DNA from: Pelomyxa schiedti
Taxonomy: Eukaryota; Protista; Evosea
Length of the DNA stretch: 40,942 nt
Assembly: GCA_020536535.1 (NCBI GenBank)
Contig: JAHLWZ010000936.1
Location: 1 to 40,942, forward strand
Direction of reading: 5' to 3'
Shown: positions 8,523-20,897 of the stretch, in pieces
Numbering within the stretch: position 1 is the first letter of the stretch
Layout: each line of letters starts with the position of its first letter
The notes under the pieces: model-generated
Told to the model about the DNA's origin: nothing
The model's database searches: none
Seen by the model: only the letters and a program-made list of their open reading frames with translations
Program-made: the position numbers and the translations under genes

Positions 8523-11500
8523 CTAGGAACCTAGCTGCTTGAATGTGGCTAGCGCTCCTTGTAGTGCTTCGAGCCACTCCGCTTTGTCCTTTTGTTGTGT
8601 AGTGTAAGTGGAATTGGTTGTAAAGGTGTGGATTACCTCAGCGGATTTGGAAACGAGAATGAGGGAGAAGTTGGTGGTAACTACTTCGATGGCGTGTCCG
8701 TGGGTGCCGTCGGGGGCTTCTGTGGTGCGTCGGTAAGAAAGATAAACTGTGGAAGGAAATTACCCCAATCGTTTTCTATGACTTCCTCGAAATCGGCTAC
8801 AAAGAACGATGAGCGGAATGTGAAAACTTTATCCTCTGCTCTGGCCGGTTTTTTGTATGTAGTGAATATCTGAAGAGGGTTACAGCAATGGAGCGATGTT
8901 ACCAACTTACCAGGCGATCGTTAAACAAGAAGAAATATGTGTCCTCCAATCCTGCATCGGCTATTACCAGAAATCCTTCCCGCAAATAGACCCCTGTCAA
9001 AGGCTACATCCCGGTAAGTTTGAGGTTGCCTTCCCAAGAGAATGTACATCAAATGACCCTGCAATAGATTCCTCAATGAATTGAACCTTCCTGTTGTTGT
9101 CGGTAAGTGCCCAGCAATCCCCCACGGATACAACAGCCGATTTGAACATCCGGAGTGCAACTTCAATTAACGGGAAATCGTCATGTGTGTGGGGAGTTGC
9201 TTGTAACAGCTCTTGCAGATACAGTTTATATATCTACATTTGAGTGAAACAGGAGATAAAATATGAATTAGGACACACATGCACTCGCCGTATGGGCATA
9301 CTGATGAATGCATGGAAATCTTTGCCCCACTTTTGCTCACAGGTCTGAAATACTTAGAGGGACATTATATTGATTAATCTAATGCATACGATAAGTAAAG
9401 CAGCAAACGCCTTGTTGGTATGACGAAGTGTTTGTACTGTTGGAAAAGAATTTTCGGAGTTGGCTGCATAGTCTGCATACAGCTTTGGTAGCCATTCCAT
9501 CTGGATACAGTGAGAACCAAACAAAGTAGAAAACATTCAGTTGCCTTGGTTGTAAATATGTCTCCCAATTTGTGCGCCGAGTTGAAGGAACTTAAGCGTT
9601 CTTGAATGTTAAGAAGCAACATGGTATGGTGGGTTACAATTGCTTCCTTTAGTTGCATGACTTAATGTGTAAAAATTGGGAAGGAGGATACGAAATGAGA
9701 AAAAACTATTGCCATTTCCTCCCGGTTCAAAATTTGTTTTGGTGTGCCCAAAGCGTTCTTAATTGGTATTATCATATCCTAAAACAGTAAAAAAGGGAAA
9801 TACTGTATAAATAGGGAACCTCCAATAACTGGGTAAGAGAAGTAACGTATGCATTCTCGGATTTCAAGAGTGCACTGGCAACGTAACACCGAAACCTCTC
9901 TGGTCCCACTGTACTGGTTAGATAAGGCCGGTGCGAACACATGCTTCATACATTGCTTTTGAATGAAACTCATGTCTAGAGACGTTTGTATGCCTTGCAA
10001 GAAGCGAGAAATTGGCTCAACGGAGCCAAACACGATGTCCATTGGTGTACATGTAGGTGGGGAATTGCATAACTCAGAAACTAATTGAACAACAAGAGCG
10101 GCATTTTGTAGTTTGTGCCTGAAAAAGGGTCATTCAAAAAGGCAATACGAATGGGGTTTACCATGGAAGTGTAGGAATTAGTTCATAAAAGCCTATATTT
10201 TGACCAATCAATTCCTCAATCAAGAAGAAAAGATTGGTACTATCCTGCGAAAGGGTGAACATATTACAGCTAGGTTTGCGATTTACACAAAAATCTTGCT
10301 TTGGGTCAACAATCTTTTTTCCTTGTCGCTCAAGAAAGGAGTTTACCCAAGCAAAGAGATGGGTACCCTGGCGAGTGAGCTCGAAAAGTACTGACTTACG
10401 AAAACAAAGTACCTGGCTTGCAGGTACCGATGCTGAGGATGACGAGGTCGTAACAGTATTTGCTCTGGCAGCGGCTAATATAGAATTAGGGCGATGCACA
10501 GGTGCAGGCGGCTGTGCTGGTGCGGTTATCTTTGGGCCAGTGTAAGTGGGCTGTTTCACCGCCCAGTTGAACAAGTCTTTTATTGGTTGGGTCAGTTGCA
10601 TACAAGAACAGCGAAATACTGAAACATGTACCTTGAATGTGGATAAGAACTGCCAAACTATTTCGACTTTGAACAAGATCGGATACAGCAAACAGAGATT
10701 TCAGAGTAATACCAACAGAAGTACAGGCCCCCAAGTACACAGCAACATTCCTCTGAATAACTTTAATTTACAAAGTCGTGAATGATGGAAAAAAGTCACC
10801 TCCATTTCAGGTTGGGTCAATATCTTTCCCGGGCTTGGAATGATAATTTTTGACGGTGGAATGGTGTTTGGGACGATCTTATTGAGCAGTCTGCAACGAA
10901 TGAGGAAAGAACAGAGCATAAATTGTAACGCACTGACATAGCAGTACTCCATCCTTCATAGAGGCAATGCAGTTTCGTGGGAGTGAAATCCCAAGCATAG
11001 CATTAATCCAACTCCTGATTTGAGCATCGGCTTCGGGGTCGATCTGTGGAAACTTGGCTGGGGAACTGGTTTTTAGTGAAGACTACCTGGTCAAAAGTAG
11101 ATATTCTTCTTGGGGCAAGAAGGGAAGCTCTCGAAACCGGCCTCTTATTTAGGCTGCCAGTGGAGGGAACTGAGGGGCTGGCAGACTCCTCCGTACCTGT
11201 CCAAACTGGATGCACGCTCCTCCGCTTGGTTTGCAGTTCCCTAAATATTATGCAAGTCAAATAAGCAAAAGGAGTCACAAGGAAAAGATACGCTCTTGAT
11301 TGCTCTGCTGGAAGAGTCTGAAATAACGATGAGAAATGGAAAGAGGAAGGGGGCCATACAATTTTGATTCCTGAATACCATGAACACTTACTAATAAAGG
11401 CTGCGAATTTAAGAAGACATTGAATGGTCTAGTATAGGTCATCTAACGACTTTAACGGGGAAACAAACAGTTTGCAGATTCCTCCCTTCATAGAATTCTC

Positions 11501-12032
11501 CAGCAGCGAAAATCTGTTCACTGTATCCGAGTGCTAGAGAAGTGAGAAACGGTAGACTGGGGAGGAACACACAAACTGCCGATTTAAGGAAGCTCTCGAG
11601 GTTTTCCATGTGCTTGAATGTAAAATGGGATTTATTTATTTTGCTGATTGTGTTCGGCTTAATTTTATTTATCAACCTTGCAACATATTAGAAACGAGGG
11701 AAAAAATCATCAACCTAAAACTTACTCGCAAAGGATTTGCCCATCTTTACACGACGAGTGAAATTCACCCTCGCTTGACGGTATGTCTTTCTCCAACATT
11801 TGAGCCATCCACTTGACCAAAGTCATCAACTAGCATAGACAGTTGGTTAACCAACAAACTTGAGCGAAATTGATCTCACCTGACTTGGCGTGGACGCTGT
11901 GGTCGATGCAGGCTCTGCAAAACGAAGTGAACAACACTAACACCACCACAAAAATCGTGACGTACCAGTGGTAGATCCGGACGCGCTTGCGGTCTGCGGG
12001 CCACCCCGGTGCCCACTCAATGCATTTATCAT
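8523..12032 (-). CDS. Multi-exon RhoGEF: three calponin-homology (CH) domains plus DH-PH
   Basis: Spliced reading gives CH1 'VKWMAQMLEKDIP...CKDGQILCE/LINKIKPNTI...MENLESFLKSA', CH2 'WINAMLG...MKDGVLLC/RLLNKIVPNTI', and CH3 'FAWVNSFLERQGKKIVD'. DH 'LGDIF...YADYAANS...PIRR...YKLYLQELLQATPHTHDDF'. PH 'TYFFLFNDRL...KAEWLEALQGAL*'. ATG at 12032 inferred by joining short exons. Confidence 0.85.
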
Positions 12033-12254
12033 CCCCGAATATTTGTTTTCTTTTGAACCGGTGATCGTGTTAGTCGAACACCGAATCTGTCAATTGGCGC
12101 CTGTCAGAACTGACACCAGTTACCTGCCCCCTCACACATATATACGGAAACTTCACTACGAGAATCTTTTCACTTGTCAAACACCAGCTGTTTCGGACTT
12201 CTGTGGCGCCACAGACAAAAGCAATTTTGTCTCAACCACCGGTGGCCACAACAG

Positions 12255-13308
12255 ATGGACAGTACAAATGCACGCAGTACGGCCAGCGATGACGTGTGCG
12301 TGAGAAAAATGACCGAGGGCGATCTTACTGCCGTCGAGCGACTACACGTACAACGACGAACGTCGCTCTCCCTTTTCTTGAATTAACCAATATCTTGTAG
12401 CTGGAGCTGTTTCCTGTGGTTTACGGGCCTTCGTTTTACAGAAGGCTGCTGAGGCCCAGCATATTCGCGCTCGTGGCCGAAACCATGCAGCCCAGCGGCC
12501 AAAAAATGGTTATTGGAGTGGCTACTGCACGCATCCTTGGCTCCGATTCACAGGACGACGCCGAGGACGGTTTCGACGAGTGCTGTGGCTGGCTCTGCTC
12601 GTTTTTTCCTATCATCAAGCCTGATGTTGGATGTACGCCAACTGTGCCAGCTCTATCTATATACAGCTTATTTTCTATGTAGATATCTAATCACAAATAT
12701 ACTCAATGACTTAGATATAATGACAATTGGTGTCACCGGCTCTTGTAGAAGAACTGTATGTTTCACTGTTAAATTCTTCCGATTTCTCATCACTCTTTAG
12801 GGAGTAGGATCTCTTCTTCTCCAGGTTCTACATAATCCCAATTGCGACCCAATTTATATTGTAAATAGGCTATTTCTGACACTCTCATAGCCCATGGGGC
12901 CCACACTATAACCCTTCACGTTAAAGTTGGTAAAACTCAGCCCCCTTTCACCTAGTGACCTTCTCAATTGCAACCACAGGTAACAACAGTGCACTGTCAT
13001 TCTACCGGCGCCACAACTTCCAAGTAGTAACCCGCCTCACAAACTACTATGACTTCTCAGCTTACATCAGCAACCCACCACAACACCCACAACAACCACA
13101 ATCAATAACAACAACGAGCAGTTCCAGCTCATCACCACACAACAACCACCAACACCAACAAACACCACAGTGGGACTACAAGTCACTAAGCCGTGATGCA
13201 CTGCACCTGAGGCTGGAACTGCAACACCCACAATGGTCCTGGGGGAGCCTGTTCAGCTTCAATTGGGCTCACAGAAAGACCATTGATACCAACATCAAAA
13301 GTGTTTGA
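12255..13308 (+). CDS. GNAT N-acetyltransferase, NAA60/NAA50-like (multi-exon)
   Basis: 'LH/LELFPVVYGPSFY', 'YIMTIGVTGSCRRT/GVGSLLLQ', 'ITLHVK', 'NNSALSFYRRHNF' and 'NYY' are NatE/NatF motifs. The long beta3-beta4 insertion and the Trp/Phe-rich C-tail favour NAA60. Confidence 0.8.
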
Positions 13309-13556
13309 TGCTTGAAGAAGTGTGCAGGGATACAAAATTTTTCTAAACGGTACCACCAACCACAAAGCACCTTTTTGGGGTGCACGACGGCCGGGCAACA
13401 CTGCCAAGAATTTTGGAGTCTCCAGAGGGACATTCTACAAGGGCGCCAATTGACGAGCGCCGCACTCAGGACCGCAAGGGGTTCAATCGTATTTCGGGGA
13501 ATCAGATTTAATTTGGTCTCCGAAAAAACAAGACAAACAACAAAGGGGCTGCGGAA

Positions 13557-16500
13557 ATGAACACGATGTGGTGTGCGCGCGGCTACCAACGCCATATCTT
13601 CGCTCACCAAAGAACAAACACCAAGCAAACAAAGACGCAACAACGCTCAACTAAAACTTTCGCTGTCCTTTTTTTTTTTTTTTTTCTCCCCCCTCCCGTT
13701 GGGTGTTTAACCTCTTACTTCCTTTTTTTTTCCATATATTTTAACCACGCTGTAGGGACTTAGAGGAGAGCACATCGCCCACACCAAACAACAACAACAA
13801 CAACCCGGTTGGGCGATCACCGTCGCCCACTTCCAACGGGGTGATCGCCGCGCACCATACGACCACAACGGCGCCTGGGGCCGCCGTCGGCTCCGCGATG
13901 GGGACCCCCGTGTCGTCCTCCACGACGACGCCGGTGCCGATGACCAGGCTGAACCACAGCGCTTCGGGCGGGTCTATTAGCAACATGGCTCTGTCTGGGT
14001 CCGGCATGACTAGCCCTTACGGTACCACTCCCCAGGGCGGGATGATGATGTTCATGCCCAACTCTCCTCCTGTATCCATGGCAATGTTCGACCAGCAGTT
14101 CCCCGGAATGGGCATGGGAATGGGAATGGGAATGGGGATGGGGATGGGGATGGGGATGCCTATGCAGGCGCCGATGGGTGGAAGCCAGACAATGCCTTTG
14201 TCAATTGGGAACAGGGGAATGATGAATTCTTCTGAGCTGTCCCCGATCGGCTACTACAATCCCGCCATGATACTGGGCTCGAGCCCTGGTGCTGGAATAC
14301 AGTTTGAATCCCAAGCGTGGAGGGAAGTTTCGATGCGGTTACAGCAACAGCAACAATATATGCAGCCACCACAGCCTCCCACCTCCGAGCCGTCGACTGT
14401 TAGAAGAAGTTTGCAAACTTATTTAGTGTATTGTGCCTAATTTTCCTTTTTCAGGTTCTCTTGACCGTATTGGTGGCAACCGTGAACAGCGCCAGACCCT
14501 TCTATGGGCCTACCTTTCTTCTTACTTGGACACCGATCCAGACTCCCTGCAGAGTCAATTTGTCCACCATGTCGAGTACACTTTAGCTCTAACAAGAGCA
14601 CAACTTAGCAACGCCTCTGCCTTCCAGGCACTGGCTTTCTGGTTCGTTTTTTACTGCCTTCTCTTTGTCTCCTTACTTTCTTTAGTCTCAGGGATAGATT
14701 GATTGAGCGGTGGAAGGTTCCTTTCATATTTTCCCCCGCCTTAGCTAACTAAACAAACTCAAGGATACTGAAAGAAATTTCCGACATGCCAACGTCAAGC
14801 ACGTATGAATATGATTCTGTAGAAGTTTATTAAGTTGAATTTGATAGATTTGTTACCTCAGTTTGGAATACCTCCTTGGAAGATCTCTTCAGGTTGGAAG
14901 GAGAAACTGCATGAATACTAACAATATTCAGAATACTGTTCTAAATTTGAAACTCAAGAAGAAATACTCCAAGGCTTTGAAAAATCTGGGCGTTTCTCTG
15001 GAAAACCTCTATGACGAGGTTCGTGCCCTCCCAGACTTTCTTTTCCACCAACCAACAGTAGGAATTGGATGCTGGACTGGGAAATGGTGGTCTGGGCCGT
15101 CTTGCTGCCTGTAACTATATTGAACTTTGTTTTGGGTTTTTAATGTGCTGAAGGTTTCCTGGACAGCATGGCAACGTTGAACTATCCTGCTTGGGGCTAT
15201 GGCCTAAGGTTATTCATCGCTATCACTCTTTTAACCTCGCCAATTTCCCCTAGATATAGCTATGGTATGTTTTATCAAACCTTCAACAAAGAAGGGGAAC
15301 AAGTCGAAACCCCTGACTATTGGTTGAACTTTGGTAATCCTTGGGAGATACAACGACTTGATATTCAATTGCCAATTCGATTTGGTGGTGTTGTGAGGGA
15401 AGTTGGCACTGGAAGTTCCCACGCTCCGGCAAAGGTTTGCGTTACTGATCACCCAAGTAAAGCCTTACCTTGCACAGTGTGTTTGGGAAGGAGGTGACTT
15501 TTGCATAGCACTGGCATATGTAACCTCCTGTTAACAACCAACAAGAAAACTTTTTAACCGCTAGCAGGATTTTCCTATTTCTGGATACAATACTTATAAT
15601 ACCATCAATCTGCGGCTTTGGAGCAGTAAGCCTTCCAGTGAATTCGACTTAGGTAACGAAGTAAGATTATAAACACTCCTTAACATAAATCAGAGGCTTT
15701 CAACAAGGGTGATTACTATAAGGCGGTCGAGGTAAATTTGTATCACAATTCGTTTTTCTAATGCACACAACCTAGAACAAACAAGAGTCAGAAAATATCA
15801 CCAATGTATCTCTCCCATTGTAGGTGTCGTGTATTTATGTAACTTTTATTAGGTCCTATATCCCAATGATAATACTTCGAGTGGAAAAACCCTTCGTTTG
15901 AAACAACAATATTTCTTTGTTGCCGCTACTCTAAGAGATATTATGACACGATTCAAACTGCGCCCTCGTTCCATACACGATTTTCCGAAATTTGTATGAG
16001 TTTAGTCAATGTAAACTTTCACTTACTCAATCTAGGTCAGTATTCAACTCAATGACACACACCCAGCATTAGGAATAGCCGAGATGATGCGTCTACTTTT
16101 TGATGATGAGGGTATCTCATGGATAGACGCTTGGCGAATTACTGTCCAAACATTCTCGTACACAAATCACACAGTGCTTCCAGAAGCACTGGAGAAATGG
16201 CCAGTTGACATCGTTCAAAAGCTTCTCCCAAGAAATATGAAAATCATCTTTGACATGTATGTCCCTGACTGAGTCACTCTCCATTGACAGTGGTATAGAA
16301 ACCATTATTTCTTGCGTTTGGTGGCACAAGTTTGGCCTGGTGACCTTGACAAGCAAAGACGCCTTTCCATTATTGAAGAAAATCCAAGAAATGTAACTCT
16401 CGCAACTTGGAAATATCCTAAACTCCCCAGGTTCGTATGGCACACTTGGCTATTGTCGGTTCACACACAGTGAATGGGGTTGCTCAAATTCACTCAGACT

Positions 16501-18321
16501 TACTAAAAACGAATGTTTTCCCTGAGTTCTATTACTTATGGTGTGATTGTTTCGCACTCCAGTAAAATCTCAACTCCTCAGGTCTAAGAAGTTCCAAAAT
16601 AAAACTAATGGTGTAACACCAAGACGATGGCTTTTCCAGGGTGCGTATAACACAAGTAGTAAAACGACCAAAATAACTCATGTAGCCAATCCGTCATTGT
16701 CTTCATTGATCCGCTCCACACTTAGTGATAGTCTTGCTTGGGTTACAAATGCAGCACTACTCAAGAACTTAGAGGTCTTTGCTGATGATGATATATTTTT
16801 AAAGAAATGGGCCCAATGCAAGCTCGACAACAAGGTTTTTTTTTTTGCAAAAAACAAAGGAATCTCAACTGGATCGAAGGAGCGTCTTGCCACATATGTT
16901 TCAAAAACACTTGGGATTACTATAAAACCATCCTCCCTCTTTGATGTGCAAGCCAAGAGATTCCATGAATATAAAAGGCAACTAATGAATGCATTCTGGT
17001 GTGTTCCCTTTCTTTAAGTTCGTTTTGCCCACAAGTTCCTAGTATAATTCACCGCTGGTATTCAATTAAAAGCATGACTCCCGCACAGAAAACTCAAGTT
17101 GTCCCCCGAGTGATAATCATTGGAGGTTTTCGATTTATTTCTTCAAGCCATGAAATAACGGGATACAGGGAAATCCGCACCAGGATACGCCAACGCAAAG
17201 CTCATAATCAAAGTTCCACTCTCCTTCTTATACTTCTATCTGTAACTACTAATTATAGCTTATGAATCGGATTGCTGTGGTTATTAACAATGACGCGGAG
17301 GTGGGGGATCTGCTAAAGCTAGTTTTTTTGCCCAACTACTGTGTGAGTGTTGCTGAAATACTCATCCCAGCCAGTGATATCAGCCAGCATATCAGTACTG
17401 CTGGAATGGAAGCTTCTGGCACAAGGTGAGGAAAACCATAACGTTCTTGTACCAACACCTTTTTAGTAACATGAAATTCGCTCTGAATGGAGGGCTTCTT
17501 CTCGGGACAATGGATGGTGCCAACATTGAAATCCGGGAGGAAATAGGCCATGAGAACATTTTCATTTTTGGAACACTTGCGGCAGATGTGAATGCCAGAC
17601 GGTTGTTCTGGAAACCCTGTGCTTCTCGTTTATTTACGCTTTTTTTTAGAGCTAGTCCCCCAAGAGTGGTAGACCCAAGACTCTTGACTGTTTTCTCACT
17701 CATCCGGAGTGGGGTCTTTGGTTGTGCTGGTGAGTTCCAGAAATTGATCGACTCCGTTGAAGGAACTAAAGACTATTACATTGTTTGTCACGATTTCCCT
17801 CTTTGTAAGTTGCATGCGCAAGTTGTCGTACTCCACTAACAATACACAAGATTTGAAAGCACAAGAAGAGGTGGACGAAGCATTTAAAGATCCAATGCGA
17901 TGGGCTAGAATGAGTCTTCTTTCTACTGCCCGAATGGGTAAATTCTCCTCGGACCGCTCAATTCAAGAGTATGCCGAGCAGATATGGCACATAGAGGTTT
18001 TACACTTTTCTTTTGCCGTTACAAGGCCACTGATTTTACACATAGCCGTGCAAACTGGAAGCTCCGGCCCGTATCTCTCTGGGAACAATGTCAAGCACCA
18101 CCTTCGCGGAAGAAACCACACCACCTTCCGGAGCGGACTGCACCGCGCAACAACCACAAGGCGGACTAATGCCATATGCCCCAGTATTAACCGGCAATGT
18201 CACACCCCCTACCATATCACCATCTTCATCGCCGCTGGCACACATAACAATAACACCCCCGACTCCCTCCTCCACAAGCGGTGGCCTCAGTGGCATGTTC
18301 AAGCCTTCTGGTGGCAATTGA
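13557..18321 (+). CDS. glpV/PYG: Glycogen/starch phosphorylase (GT35), more than 20 introns, with low-complexity N- and C-terminal extensions
   Basis: Motifs '[23 protein letters not shown]', 'LRLKQQYFF', 'IQLNDTHP', '[14 protein letters not shown]', '[10 protein letters not shown]', '[12 protein letters not shown]' and 'EASGTSNMK' (PLP lysine), '[11 protein letters not shown]'. The start (ATG 13557, intron 13571-13755) is inferred. Confidence 0.95.
14105..14159 (+). repeat. Coding hexamer repeat (GGNATG)n encoding (Gly-Met)9
   Basis: ggaatg ggcatg ggaatg ggaatg ggaatg gggatg gggatg gggatg gggatg, read directly. Confidence 0.9.
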
Positions 18322-18693
18322 ATTTGAAAATAGAAGCTACTACCTACAAACAGGTAACTTTTGTTTACCTTTCTAAGATACATAGCAAGATCTTGATAAA
18401 GGAGAATGATAGAAATAGATATAAATATGAAAACACACAGCCATCACATGCCACCCCACAATTTATTCACTGGGCCATTTGCGCACCACTAAGTTCGAGC
18501 TAGGAGTCGACATTCCGCACTGGCCAATAATGCCCCAAATGATGAAACACAACCATGCTAATTCTTAACACCATTGCCGATTCATCGTTTCTCATCTCTC
18601 TGAGTCTTTTTTTTTCTTTGTATTTATTTGTTTTTTAGTCCATCACTGTCGTTCCTTAGCCTAAAAACCCCTTCATCAATTTTTGTTGTACCT

Positions 18694-20761
18694 ATGGACA
18701 CCAACAACACAGGGACTACTACTTCACAACAACCATCACAAATAACAAACAGCAACAATTGTGGTGGTGATGAAGACATGAGGCTGCTGGAAATGGTGAC
18801 AGGGCTGGTTTCAGAGTACCTCATCAGCAACAGTGGTAATGATTGTAACCCCGTGAAGCCACTCGCGGCTTGGCCTGTGTTTGGTTTCAAGTTGGATGGG
18901 TCACCATTGTGTGATGATGTTGCTGCTGTAGTGGCACCGCCCTCTTCTAATGCTGGCATACATGACGCCAGTACAAGCACCAAGAGCAGTTGCACCGGTA
19001 CTACTTGCTGTTCTGGGAGTGGTTGTGGTGGGGGAAGGAATGGCAAGTTGATGGAGATTATGAGGAGGTACTTGTACTTGCAGCCATGCACGAGGAGCCC
19101 TGGGTTCTCTAATCAGCTTTACAGCTGTGCTAGGCTACCTGGATTGATGGCCGGTACGTGCATTCGGCATTGCACCCTGTCTATCTTGAAAGATATAATT
19201 CAGTTTTTCCGGGTTTATCACTGATTTCCGCTTCAAGCTATTGTATCCACTATACACAATACTTCGATAGCAACATTTGAGGTGTCTCCTGTTGCAACTA
19301 TGATGGAGCATGATATTCTCCAAAGGACTGCTTTATTATTGGGCTGGACTGCCGATGCGGACACGAAACCTGATGGAGTAATGACCTCAGGTGGTAGTAA
19401 CTCAAATGTACCTGTTTCCATTATCGCAATTTAACACTAACACCCAAATTCTAGTTAATGGCCATGCTCTGCGCGCGATATAGAGTATGTCCGCAGTGTA
19501 ACCGGACTGGCTGGGCCAATGCGGGGGTTTTAACTTGCTTTGTCAGCACCCAGGCACACTATTCTTTTGAAAAGGCTGCCCTCACCCTTGGACTTGGATT
19601 AGACAACGTTCGTAAGGTAAGCAATCTCCATTTGGACTCGTTCTGATTTTCTACAGGTTGCCTCTGATGATAGAGGAAGAATGATTCCAGCAATGTTGGA
19701 CGATGCAATACACTCCAGTATCGAACGTGGTGAGAAGCCGTTCATTGTTTGTGCAACAGCGGTATACATTTCCTATTTCCCAAATAAAATAGCTAAGGTA
19801 ATTACACAGGGTAGTACGGTCTTGGGTGCCTTCGATCCGATTCTGGAAATTGCCGCCATTACCAAGAAGTATAACCTTTGGCTCCGTGCGCAAAATTCAA
19901 TCTCTTTTTAGCGTCAATCAACACAAAAAAAGATGTTGATGGAGCCTGGGGAGGACCTGTTCTCTTCAGCCAAAATTCTGGACCAACCCTCCTGCGTGGT
20001 AATTTTCTCTTTGGAGGTTATTGTTGAAGTTCACCTACAAAGGGATTAATCTAGCGGACTCCTTTACCATCGATTTCCACAAACTGCTGGGGGTTCCGCT
20101 TATGGCCGCAGTGTTCGTTACCAAACACAAGCAGCTACTCCTCGATTCCGTATCATTGCACTCTAATACAACAAGCTACCAGCTTCACGCCGAGAGCGAG
20201 GTGAATTCATTCCCCCAAAAGAACCCGCACCGATCCAAAACTTAACCAATTCAGGGGCCTGATACCGGAACCAAATCACTTGCAACTGCCCGCGTTGCCG
20301 ACGCATTCAAGCTGTGGATGACATGGAAGGTACTTGGAGATTCCGGCTTTGGCGCAGCAGTCGATAGAGCCATGTCTCTAGCACGCGAACTTGTCCGGAT
20401 CATACGTTCCGAACCAGAACTGGAACTTCTGAATGACCCGCAGTTCGTCAACGTCTGCTTCCGCTTCATTGGAACCAAAACAGCCTGCTCCACTGAATCA
20501 ACAGGAACCCCACAAGGCAGAGACGAGTACCTTAACGATCTGAACCTGCGCGCCAGGAAGCTACTTATGCAGGACGGTCGGTACATGGTCAACTATGCAT
20601 ATGTAATACATGGCAGTTCGACAGTGTTGGCGTTCAGATACGTGTGTGTCAGCTGTGCTCTTGAGCCACACCACCTCCCTGATATAGTAGCCGTGATTCT
20701 TATATGTTGCCGGGAGGCTGCAACCTCGTTATCCGACTCTCAGCTGCAAAAAACCAGCTGA
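18694..20761 (+). CDS. Group II PLP-dependent decarboxylase (glutamate/cysteine-sulfinate/aspartate decarboxylase-like), multi-exon
   Basis: 'PGFSNQL', 'TFEVSPVATMME', 'SGGSNSN', 'AHYSFEKAA', 'GSTVLGAFDPI', 'WLHVDGAWGG', 'ADSFTIDFHKLLGVPL' (PLP lysine), 'FKLWMTWK', 'NVCFRF'. Confidence 0.9.
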
Positions 20762-20897
20762 GAAGAAAGAGACTTTTTGATGTAATGGCTCTCTGGCTCC
20801 ATTTCTATTAAAAATAATCAACAGAACGGAACGCTGGCATCATCAAGAGGCATAAAAAACGATTGGTTTTTCTCGCAAGGAAGAGGGCCGATAAAAA

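Noticed and set aside
8518-8531. 14-bp palindrome ggttcctaggaacc over the RhoGEF stop codon
   Set aside because: Short and isolated; plausible by chance in 41 kb.
13440-13500. Box-B-like 'GGTTCAATC' suggesting a tRNA
   Set aside because: No cloverleaf pairing around it.
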